The notes: generated from the sequence alone by a model not told the origin. A stretch of 10,257 nucleotides of DNA from a virus (IMGVR_UViG_3300002854_000123:1-10257), one strand, 5' to 3'; positions 1 through 6,522 are shown, numbered from the stretch's first letter. Numbers and translations: made by a program.

Positions 1-1
1 T

Positions 2-697
2 GATGAGGTAATCGTTAATGAGAAGGAGGCAACCGCGCGCTCTCTGCTGAGCCTGCAGACGGACGTCAACGGCAACAAGGCATCCATCAACAGCCTGAAC
101 CAGACGTTCTCCGATTACCAGCAGGCTATGGCCACGCAGGTAAACAGCATCACAGCAACAGTCAATGGTCACACTTCTGCGATCACCACCAACGCGCAGG
201 CCATAGCGAACGTAAACGGCGACCTGAAGGCGATGTACAGCATCAAGGTCGGGCTTTCGAGCAATGGTCAGTATTACGCGGCAGGGATGGGGATCGGCGT
301 GGAGAATACGCCGTCCGGGATGCAGTCGCAGGTTATCTTCTTGGCTGACCGCTTCGCGGTAACGCACCAGGCAGGAGCGACCGTTACGCTTCCGTTCGTG
401 ATTCAGAACGGGCAGACCTTTATCCGAAATACTGTGATTGGCGAAGGGACTATCGACAACACCAAAATCGGCAGCTACATCCAGTCCACAACCTGGGACG
501 GCACCGGGAACGTTGGCTGGCACATCAATAAGTCGGGCTATGCAACCTTCAACAACGTGACCGTTCGCGGATCGATTTACGCCACAAACGGTAATTTTTC
601 ATTTAACGGATCCGGTAATACCACAGTCATTAACGGTAATGGTGTCACCATCAATATTCCGGGTGGTGGCCGGATCGTACTTGGAACATGGTCATAA
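2..697 (+). CDS. Phage tail tip / host-specificity protein (lambda J-like), C-terminal portion; 5'-truncated by window edge
   Basis: Frame 2 is open from the first base to TAA at 695-697. The sequence is N/G/T-rich and beta-strand-like, typical of tail receptor-binding C-termini. The next gene's ATG follows 1 nt after the stop. The J-like assignment is from memory of J C-termini, not a search. Confidence 0.5.
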   Translation, partial: DEVIVNEKEATARSLLSLQTDVNGNKASINSLNQTFSDYQQAMATQVNSITATVNGHTSAITTNAQAIANVNGDLKAMYSIKVGLSSNGQYYAAGMGIGVENTPSGMQSQVIFLADRFAVTHQAGATVTLPFVIQNGQTFIRNTVIGEGTIDNTKIGSYIQSTTWDGTGNVGWHINKSGYATFNNVTVRGSIYATNGNFSFNGSGNTTVINGNGVTINIPGGGRIVLGTWS

Positions 698-698
698 A

Positions 699-1664
699 AT
701 GCCGACAGGATTATTGATAGAACTGAATGACGGCGGAAAGCGTATGGAGATAACGGCGGGCCTGAGATGTCCGTCGTATGGGGCCAGTTTTGACAGTGGT
801 TACCAGAAAGCAAAATACGCGGATATTGCCGGTTATGTTTCAGGGGCGCAGGTGCTGTTTATCCCGCACGCTACGGCTTACCTTGATTCAGGTCTGCTTC
901 ATAAGATGAACTCGGTCACCATATCGGGGGGCCGCGTCACGCAGAACTCAACGATGAAAGACAACCGCATCAGCGAACGGGATAGCACTTACACGTTTCC
1001 GGGAAGCCTATGGCAGATATTCCCGACAGGTCAGCGAAGTGGTGTGGGCTTGCTCATCAGCAACAGTACAGACTTCACCTCGATAACCAATGCCACACAG
1101 TCAGGCCAGTGTATCTGGAAGGGTACCGTTAATGTTCCGACCGGGGGTTGGGCGGTTCCCACGATAGCAGGTTATGACAAGTCGAAATATATCGTTTTTG
1201 GACGCTGCAACAGCGGCAATACGATTGACTTCGACGGAAATACGGTCAGGTTCTTCAGCCCTCCGTCCACGAATGATGACGCCCCCGCAACAGGCACGAT
1301 AGACATCGTTATCTTCGCCAGCGGTGTAGCGCCGCAGCCTGGTACCGGCCTCAATATTTTCAATGCTGCCGGTGCCTGTACGTTTTCAACCACAAAACGG
1401 CCATTCGTATATCTGAACCAACTCTGGAGCCCTTCGACAAGCGCCGTGAGCATCGGTAGCGGCTATGTTCCGCTGGGGAGATTTGGGCTGATGGTTCATA
1501 TGGTCAATGGCATGTACGTGTATCGGATGTTCGGGATAAAAATACAGAACGGGAACGCTTCAGTTCAGGGAGGGAAATATCTTGGTCGCGAGCAGTATGC
1601 CATTTTCGGTAATAACACGATAACGCCGCTCAGCCTTCCGGTTCTGCCTGATATGTACGTCTGA
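699..1664 (+). CDS. Hypothetical phage tail-associated protein (321 aa), translationally coupled to the upstream J-like gene
   Basis: ATG at 699 lies 1 nt after the upstream TAA (TAAAATG). Long ORF in the same coding-strand block as the tail genes. An alternative in-frame ATG at 639 would overlap the upstream gene. No family recognised. Confidence 0.6.
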   Translation: MPTGLLIELNDGGKRMEITAGLRCPSYGASFDSGYQKAKYADIAGYVSGAQVLFIPHATAYLDSGLLHKMNSVTISGGRVTQNSTMKDNRISERDSTYTFPGSLWQIFPTGQRSGVGLLISNSTDFTSITNATQSGQCIWKGTVNVPTGGWAVPTIAGYDKSKYIVFGRCNSGNTIDFDGNTVRFFSPPSTNDDAPATGTIDIVIFASGVAPQPGTGLNIFNAAGACTFSTTKRPFVYLNQLWSPSTSAVSIGSGYVPLGRFGLMVHMVNGMYVYRMFGIKIQNGNASVQGGKYLGREQYAIFGNNTITPLSLPVLPDMYV

Positions 1665-1686
1665 ATTAACTGTATATTCAAATCAA

Positions 1687-1708
1687 CCTCGCTTCGGCGG
1701 GGTTTTTT
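1687..1708 (+). terminator. Rho-independent terminator (6-bp GC-rich stem, UUCG tetraloop, T6 tail)
   Basis: cctcgc-ttcg-gcgggg followed by tttttt, directly after the stop of the 699-1664 gene and 17 nt before the tail-fibre start codon. Confidence 0.6.
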
Positions 1709-1724
1709 ATTGCCTGGAGAAAAT

Positions 1725-3011
1725 ATGCTTTATAACACCGGCACCATCGCCGTTAATGGAAATACAGCAACCGGCACCGGCACGAACTGGACGGCACCCG
1801 CCAGCCAGGTTCGCGCTGGCCAGACGATTATCGTGATGTCTAACCCGGTGCAGCTGTTCCAGATTTCATCCGTGAACAGCGCGACGTCTTTGACGGTTAC
1901 GCCAGCTGCTTCCCCGGCGCTGAGCGGCCAGAAGTATGGAATCCTGGTGTCAGACAATATCTCAGTCGACGGCCTGGCACAGGCCATGTCGCAGCTCATC
2001 AAAGAGTATGACGAGAACATCGGCGCGTGGGAGACGTTCGCCACTACCTCAGCAAACCAGAGCATCACGGTTACCATCAATGGCACCCCTGTTACGATCC
2101 CCGGCATCGGTAAACTGGCGCAGAAAGGGAGTAACGGTGCGCTGGCTGTTGCTGACGGCGGAACCGGAGCAACAAAGGCAGAAGACGCTCGCACAAACCT
2201 CGGTTTAGGAAGTAGTGCGTTGAAGAATTTGCAAAGCACAACCGAGGATAAAACGACTGGGGCTGTTTTGCAGGTCGGCTCCTTCGGTTTGGGTGCAGAG
2301 GCACCAGTTATTCCTGCCAATGATGCTAACCAAATTACTGGCTATAACGGTTTTGTTTCAGGTGCTGGGGCTCCTGGAACGAACTGGGTAAACGTATACG
2401 GCCCTATGCTCGTTATGAGGAGAATCAGTGCCGTTGCTCAGGTCCAGGTAAACGCTGTGGGTGGACTGGCATCACGCTACGGTCTGGTTACGGACATGAC
2501 CGTTAACAATGGCGGGGCGTGGTGCGTTCACTGGCATGACAGAAACACAACTGTGGACTCAAGCGGGTTCATAAAACGGGCTTCGCCTATCGTTAAGTTG
2601 TTTTCTGATGGAGGCTACGAAACAAATGATGAATCTGAGGGGTGCACAGTTCGCCGTATCGAAACAGGCCAATATCTTATAGAAGGATGTCATGGCCTGA
2701 ATGCAGAGGCTATTTGGGGCGGGGTTGATGGTGGTTTTGAGATCCCCTCAGACCGTAATAAACAGCCGCTGGTATGGCTGGATTATGAGGTAAATGCTGA
2801 TGGTTCGGTGTTGGTTAAAACGTATCATCGAGCACACCCCGAAGCGCCGACGTTCGCCAGGAATGAACTGCAGGGTATCAACGACGGCGACCCAATCGAC
2901 ATTCCCCGCGATCAGTTTGTGTCCGTGCGTGTCGAAATGCCTGGCGATTCTGTATACAACCAGAAACTCAGAGCCGTAGAGCTAATCCTTGCTACTGATG
3001 AAGGTGAATAA
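1725..3011 (+). CDS. Phage tail-fibre protein: N-terminal virion-attachment domain (about 1725-2201) fused to C-terminal cassette 1 (2202-3011)
   Basis: ATG at 1725 is preceded by GGAGA at 1715-1719 (the ORF-track start at 1710 is TTG). The N-terminus MLYNTGTIAVNGNTATGTGTNW is tail-fibre-like. Crossover site A is internal, at the NLGLGSSA hinge. The TAA stop at 3009-3011 lies inside crossover site B. Confidence 0.8.
   Translation: MLYNTGTIAVNGNTATGTGTNWTAPASQVRAGQTIIVMSNPVQLFQISSVNSATSLTVTPAASPALSGQKYGILVSDNISVDGLAQAMSQLIKEYDENIGAWETFATTSANQSITVTINGTPVTIPGIGKLAQKGSNGALAVADGGTGATKAEDARTNLGLGSSALKNLQSTTEDKTTGAVLQVGSFGLGAEAPVIPANDANQITGYNGFVSGAGAPGTNWVNVYGPMLVMRRISAVAQVQVNAVGGLASRYGLVTDMTVNNGGAWCVHWHDRNTTVDSSGFIKRASPIVKLFSDGGYETNDESEGCTVRRIETGQYLIEGCHGLNAEAIWGGVDGGFEIPSDRNKQPLVWLDYEVNADGSVLVKTYHRAHPEAPTFARNELQGINDGDPIDIPRDQFVSVRVEMPGDSVYNQKLRAVELILATDEGE
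2188..2213. other. Crossover site A (gix/hix/mix-like 26-bp site) inside the tail-fibre gene
   Basis: ctcgcacAAACC-TC-GGTTTaggaagt: inverted AAACC/GGTTT half-site cores around a central TC (2200-2201), as in Gin/Hin-family sites. Same orientation as site B, inverted relative to site C. Encodes N-L-G-L-G-S. Confidence 0.6.
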
Positions 3012-3028
3012 AGGTCGGTTTAGGAGAT
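3003..3028. other. Crossover site B (gix/mix-like), overlapping the tail-fibre stop codon
   Basis: ggtgaataaagg-TC-GGTTTaggagat. The right half-site matches sites A and C closely; the left half is degenerate. Central TC at 3015-3016. Confidence 0.65.
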
Positions 3029-3850
3029 AGCGTCACAGCCAACTTTGGAAGCCTCGAAATTGGAGCGAAGAAAGCCTCTTCTGCAAGCTTCGTTGATTTC
3101 CATTTTCTTGGCACTAACGACTATGACGCGCGAATCCTGTGCGGTGGTAATTCCAGTGGTGCCATGGGGAAAGGAGACTTTACATTTTACGCAGGGAGAT
3201 ACATTTTTATCGGCGATAGCTTTGAATTTCGTAATCCAATTACCTGCCAGAACAGCATAAGCGCATCAGCTAAAATCGCGACCAGTGCTGATATGGAATG
3301 CAAAACTAAAATTGCTGTTTTGGCCCCAGCTGACAATCAGAATGCCCACGTATGGTTCTATGGCACAGGTGGGGCATCCAGGGGGGTTATTTATTCCGGG
3401 CAGACAGGAATCATTCAGATCCGTCCTGACAACAATGATAATGGAGGCTCCAACGGATACTCTTTTGCGTTTGGGGCTGATGGTAAGTTCACCTGCGTCA
3501 CGATGAATCAGACTTCGGATGAACGAGTTAAATTCGACAAAGAACCCGTCAGTAACGCTCTGGAGAAGATCTGTTCACTGACGGGGTATACGTTTGGCAT
3601 TCAACTGACTGAATCGGAATCAATACGCAGCGCAGGTATCATCGCCCAGGAACTGGAGCGTGTTCTTCCTGTCGCGGTAAGTTCAGGCGGTACCGGAACA
3701 ACGCAGAATGGAGAAGAGATTAACGATCTCAAAACCGTGGACTACAGTGCGATGAGCGCCCTGTATGTTGAGGCCATGAAGGAGCTGGCCAACCGGGTAA
3801 AAAGCATTAAGAGTGAGCTTGCTGAACTCAAAGCCCGATCCGCGATATAG
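3017..3850 (+). CDS. Promoterless tail-fibre C-terminal cassette 2 with C-terminal intramolecular chaperone (peptidase S74-type) domain
   Basis: Frame is open from site B to TAG at 3848-3850, with no canonical start before the ATG at 3164. The cassette begins GLGDS in the same phase as site A. Contains SDERVK (from 3515) and GIIAQELERVLP, typical S74 autoproteolytic chaperone motifs, and ends in a coiled-coil-like tail. Confidence 0.65.
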   Translation, partial: GLGDSVTANFGSLEIGAKKASSASFVDFHFLGTNDYDARILCGGNSSGAMGKGDFTFYAGRYIFIGDSFEFRNPITCQNSISASAKIATSADMECKTKIAVLAPADNQNAHVWFYGTGGASRGVIYSGQTGIIQIRPDNNDNGGSNGYSFAFGADGKFTCVTMNQTSDERVKFDKEPVSNALEKICSLTGYTFGIQLTESESIRSAGIIAQELERVLPVAVSSGGTGTTQNGEEINDLKTVDYSAMSALYVEAMKELANRVKSIKSELAELKARSAI

Positions 3851-4064
3851 TGTATTAGCTCAGACTTGACCTGACAGTTTGATCTGGCAACAGACTATCA
3901 AAGCTGACCGTCTGCTTTGAGCGAGGAGAGGTAGTTCACTTTCGGGAAAACTCATCCACGTGCGATAGTCTCTAAATGAGAACAGGTCGTTAAGCTGGAT
4001 ACTTACACCCACCTCGGCGAAAGGCTGTACACTGATAACACTTATAGATGATTCTGAGTATTTT

Positions 4065-4847
4065 ATGATTTTATACAAATACATAGACAAAGCTTCATTA
4101 GGTCGGTTCTTCAAAGATGGATACATCTCCATAAAATTTACCCCGCACAGTGAGTTTAATGATCCTTTCGAAAGTTATGGATATGCACTTGATGATGCGT
4201 CAATTGAATCATTAACGATGAGGCATGAGATCAATAAAAACCTTGCCTGCTTATGTCTTTCAAAAAATCCACTCAACGTCTTGATGTGGTCACACTATGC
4301 TGAAAAGCATCAAGGATTTGTTGTAGCAATCGACATTGAGAAAGCAGGATACGATGATGAAGCAAAATGCCTGATTACAGCTCAGAAAGGTGATATTGAT
4401 TATTTAGGAAATAGAATAAAAAGCAAACTAAAAATCACGCAGGAAAATATCTATGATACTGATGTGATTAGTAAGCTATTGCTTACTAAATCATTGCATT
4501 GGAAATATGAAGAAGAAATCAGAATAATAAAAAAGACAGATTCATTACAGCAACAAGGTGCTGTTTTAATTGACAAAATATATGATCTTAATTCTATAGT
4601 CAGTATCTATATCGGGATTAACAACAGAGGAGTTGATGAAATCATTAGAAACAACAATGCATTAGAGACATTGATTTTAAACAAGACAGTACAGTTATAT
4701 CAGTGTGAATTTAAGAAAAGTACATGGGATCTCGACATAGAAGCTTATGAATACACCAAATACCCGCATGATATGCAGAGAATGGATGTATTTGATTCTG
4801 TCGCGAAGGTGTTGAGAGCAATGGAACGTAACCATATAGGCGATTGA
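4065..4847 (+). CDS. AT-rich cargo gene inside the invertible segment; DUF2971-like protein (260 aa), function unknown
   Basis: Clean ORF, visibly much more AT-rich than the flanking tail-fibre DNA. Motifs LYKY near the N-terminus, FNDPFE, LMWSHYAEKHQGF and WKYEEEIR match my recollection of the DUF2971 family; this needs an HMM check. Confidence 0.65.
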   Translation: MILYKYIDKASLGRFFKDGYISIKFTPHSEFNDPFESYGYALDDASIESLTMRHEINKNLACLCLSKNPLNVLMWSHYAEKHQGFVVAIDIEKAGYDDEAKCLITAQKGDIDYLGNRIKSKLKITQENIYDTDVISKLLLTKSLHWKYEEEIRIIKKTDSLQQQGAVLIDKIYDLNSIVSIYIGINNRGVDEIIRNNNALETLILNKTVQLYQCEFKKSTWDLDIEAYEYTKYPHDMQRMDVFDSVAKVLRAMERNHIGD

Positions 4848-4878
4848 GATTATTGATGGCGATTATCGTGTCAGAAAT

Positions 4879-4902
4879 GTCCGCTCCTGGCACAGAGCGG
4901 AC
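4879..4902 (-). terminator. Hairpin (8-bp stem), possible terminator between convergent cassette 3 and the DUF2971-like gene
   Basis: gtccgctc-ctggcaca-gagcggac; on the minus strand it is followed by a weak U-rich tract (auuucu). Lies about 70 nt downstream of the cassette 3 stop. Confidence 0.3.
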
Positions 4903-4969
4903 TGTCAGCTTAAGTTAAGCCCTGAGCAGTAACAGTGCCAAATCAAGTTTGAGCTAATACAGATATAGC

Positions 4970-5641
4970 TTACTGAGCTGAAACCTTAGTCGCAGCCTGT
5001 TCTTCCAAAACCCTGACGCGGATTGCCAGCGCTTTGATTGCTGCTAGCGCATCGAGCAAAATAGGGGTCTGATCAAGATGCAGTATGCCGCCTATTTCTT
5101 TCACGTATTCGGGATCAATCGTTTCAATCTGCTGTGATATTACCCCGCGTCGTGGGGTCTGCGTTTCATCGTCCTTAAAAGTGAAGTGTTTGAATTCCAT
5201 CCGGCAGATATTTAACAACGCCGCTTCCAGATCGAGGTCATCGCCAATGTTTTTCATTGTTCTGTCAGATACCGCTGAAGTCATGATCTCCTTCCACGGG
5301 CTCCAGGCATTGGTGTTGTAACCCCTGAAAAAAAATCGTCCAGCATCAGTTTGGCTTGGATATGGCAAACAAAACTGCGTTAGCGCTACGTCGGCAATAC
5401 GAACATAATTTTGAACATACCCATACCAACTTGAGATAGGTCCTGAGGTTGATTTCGACATATCCAAAAGTAAACGATAAGTTCCTGGCTCTGTAAGACT
5501 GTTGAAGTTTGTCCCATCAGGAGCAACTGCCGAGTCTGTTTTAAATACCCTGGCATCACCAGTAGGTAATCCAAATGCTCCCACTTGCATGACGTTCCCG
5601 GCTGCCGTTCCGACGTCCTTCGTAGCGCTACTTCCCAAACC
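4970..5641 (-). CDS. Promoterless tail-fibre C-terminal cassette 3 (inverted orientation) with C-terminal S74-type intramolecular chaperone domain
   Basis: Minus-strand frame is open from site C (stop at 5648-5650 just outside) to TAA at 4970-4972. Begins (N)VGLGSSATKDVG, homologous to the hinge NLGLGSSALK of the expressed gene. Contains SDRTMKNI and GVISQQIETIDPEYV motifs and a helical C-terminal tail. Confidence 0.65.
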   Translation of the reverse strand, partial: GLGSSATKDVGTAAGNVMQVGAFGLPTGDARVFKTDSAVAPDGTNFNSLTEPGTYRLLLDMSKSTSGPISSWYGYVQNYVRIADVALTQFCLPYPSQTDAGRFFFRGYNTNAWSPWKEIMTSAVSDRTMKNIGDDLDLEAALLNICRMEFKHFTFKDDETQTPRRGVISQQIETIDPEYVKEIGGILHLDQTPILLDALAAIKALAIRVRVLEEQAATKVSAQ

Positions 5642-5655
5642 GACGTTTTATAGAT
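5630..5655. other. Crossover site C (gix/mix-like), inverted relative to A and B, immediately upstream of the invertase gene
   Basis: Top strand acttcccAAACC-GA-CGTTTTatagat; reverse complement atctatAAAACG-TC-GGTTTgggaagt aligns with sites A and B. Central dinucleotide at 5642-5643. Confidence 0.65.
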
Positions 5656-5720
5656 TGCCACGAGGCGGCCTGGCCGATAACTTCATCTGATTTTTTTGCA
5701 GAATTTATTGGGTGAAAAAT

Positions 5721-6278
5721 ATGCAAATTGGCTATGTAAGGGTGTCAACAAATGACCAAAATACGGATCTTCAGCGGCAAGCACTCGAACGCGTAGGATG
5801 TGAACAGATTTTCGAAGAAAAAATGAGCGGAACAGTGGCGAACCGGCCAGCGTTGAAAAAGCTTCTTAAGGCGCTGAATGAGGGGGATACGCTGGTAGTC
5901 TGGAAGCTGGATCGCCTTGGGCGCAGCATGCGGAATCTGGTGCTGCTGGTGGACGAACTCCGGCAGCGCGGCATCCACTTTAAGAGCCTCACTGACAGCA
6001 TCGACACATCAAGTCCGATGGGACGCTTCATCTTTCATATTATGTCAGCCCTGGCGGAAATGGAGAGGGAGTTGATTGTGGAACGCACCCGGGCAGGCCT
6101 GGCTGCAGCTCGTGAGAAAGGGAGAATCGGCGGCAGGCGTCCGAAGCTCACCCTGGAGCAATGGGCTCAGGCAGGGCGGTTGATAGCGAACGGCGTAGAC
6201 AGGAAGCAGGTAGCGATAATTTATGACGTTGCAGTGTGTACGCTTTATAAAAAGTTTCCTGCAGGGATAAAGCTGTAA
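5721..6278 (+). CDS. Serine recombinase, DNA invertase of the Gin/Hin/Pin/Cin/Min family (185 aa)
   Basis: MQIGYVRVSTNDQ (catalytic Ser in VRVST), LVVWKLDRLGRS, SLTDSIDTSSPMGRF, MERELIVERT and a C-terminal HTH (KQVAIIYDVAVCTLYKK) are hallmark invertase motifs. ATG at 5721 is preferred over the GTG at 5712 used by the ORF track. Confidence 0.9.
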   Translation: MQIGYVRVSTNDQNTDLQRQALERVGCEQIFEEKMSGTVANRPALKKLLKALNEGDTLVVWKLDRLGRSMRNLVLLVDELRQRGIHFKSLTDSIDTSSPMGRFIFHIMSALAEMERELIVERTRAGLAAAREKGRIGGRRPKLTLEQWAQAGRLIANGVDRKQVAIIYDVAVCTLYKKFPAGIKL

Positions 6279-6384
6279 TGGTAAGGCAACTGAAGTATGC
6301 TCGACTGCCTTACTATGCTTAAAGCGCAACTTGGCGAACGGTCGGGAAATCTGAAACAAGTGGTTTACAGGCTCAGCAAACAAA

Positions 6385-6413
6385 GAACCCGGCTTTGCCG
6401 GGTTCTGTTTGTT
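6385..6413. terminator. Bidirectional rho-independent terminator between the invertase (+) and the minus-strand small-gene operon
   Basis: gaacccggc-ttt-gccgggttc (9-bp stem) followed by tgtttgtt on the plus strand and a T-rich tract on the minus strand. Confidence 0.5.
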
Positions 6414-6522
6414 AAGCTGCTTTCTTAACTGGTTTCTTCTTTGCTGCTCTCTCATTAATGTCATCAATGAGTCCACGCAGCCTATATGAGTTTAAAAGAA
6501 GGTTCTGGAGTGTTTTGTTCAT
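6412..6522 (-). CDS. Small ORF (36 aa, MNKTLQNLLLNSYRLRGLIDDINERAAKKKPVKKAA), basic C-terminus; hypothetical
   Basis: ATG at 6522 is preceded by AGGAG at a 9-nt spacing. It starts 25 nt downstream of the 125-aa gene's stop and ends at the terminator. Not in the ORF track because it is under 60 aa. Confidence 0.3.
   Translation of the reverse strand: MNKTLQNLLLNSYRLRGLIDDINERAAKKKPVKKAA

Larger units (their letters stand above)
3015..5643. other. Invertible DNA segment bounded by inverted sites B and C (A x C inversion would flip 2200-5643)
   Basis: Sites B and C are about 26-bp imperfect inverted repeats with identical core dinucleotide (TC / GA on the top strand). The segment holds two oppositely oriented promoterless tail-fibre C-terminal cassettes. 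A serine invertase gene lies immediately outside site C. Confidence 0.7.

Noticed and set aside
2236-2252. aaccgaggataaaacg, which resembles fragments of the crossover sites
   Set aside because: No dyad symmetry and no GGTTT arm. Likely chance similarity or a decayed half-site.
2278-2300. Possible fourth crossover site at ttcGGTTTGGGtgcagag
   Set aside because: Only the GGTTTGGG right-half-like motif is present, with no AAACC-type left half-site. It encodes the conserved FGLG protein motif that also occurs in cassette 3 (AFGL), so it is most likely coding conservation.
1730-2320. Antisense and alternative-frame ORFs inside the tail-fibre gene (1730-2320 minus, 1936-2208 plus, 2092-2304 minus, 2794-2979 plus)
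   Set aside because: Fully embedded in a well-supported long CDS on the other frame or strand, with no independent start signals. Typical GC-rich shadow ORFs.
3005-3164. Apparent frameshift or pseudogene: tail-fibre ORF stops at 3011 and the downstream ORF is open from 3008 in another frame with no start until ATG 3164
   Set aside because: Explained by the cassette architecture. The stop is part of crossover site B, and the downstream frame is a promoterless cassette that becomes in-frame with the N-terminal domain when recombined at site A. No programmed frameshift or sequencing error is needed.
3045-3506. ORFs 3045-3260 plus and 3285-3506 plus in alternative frames of cassette 2
   Set aside because: Overlap the frame that carries recognisable tail-fibre and S74 motifs.
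3874-3905. Imperfect palindrome cagtttgat...atcaaagctg after the cassette 2 stop
   Set aside because: Interrupted stem, long loop and no U-tract. Not convincing as a terminator or as a recombination site.
3860-4132. Minus-strand 90-aa ORF overlapping the upstream region and start of the DUF2971-like gene
   Set aside because: Overlaps the better-supported plus-strand gene and its putative promoter. No RBS seen.
5085-5690. ORFs 5085-5321 plus, 5386-5661 minus and 5502-5690 plus overlapping cassette 3 and site C
   Set aside because: Alternative frames of the cassette 3 coding region, which carries the conserved hinge and S74 motifs. The 5386-5661 ORF runs through the recombination site in the wrong frame.
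5745-6476. Minus-strand ORFs (77, 86 and 143 aa) overlapping the invertase gene
   Set aside because: Antisense to a clearly conserved serine invertase. No start signals.
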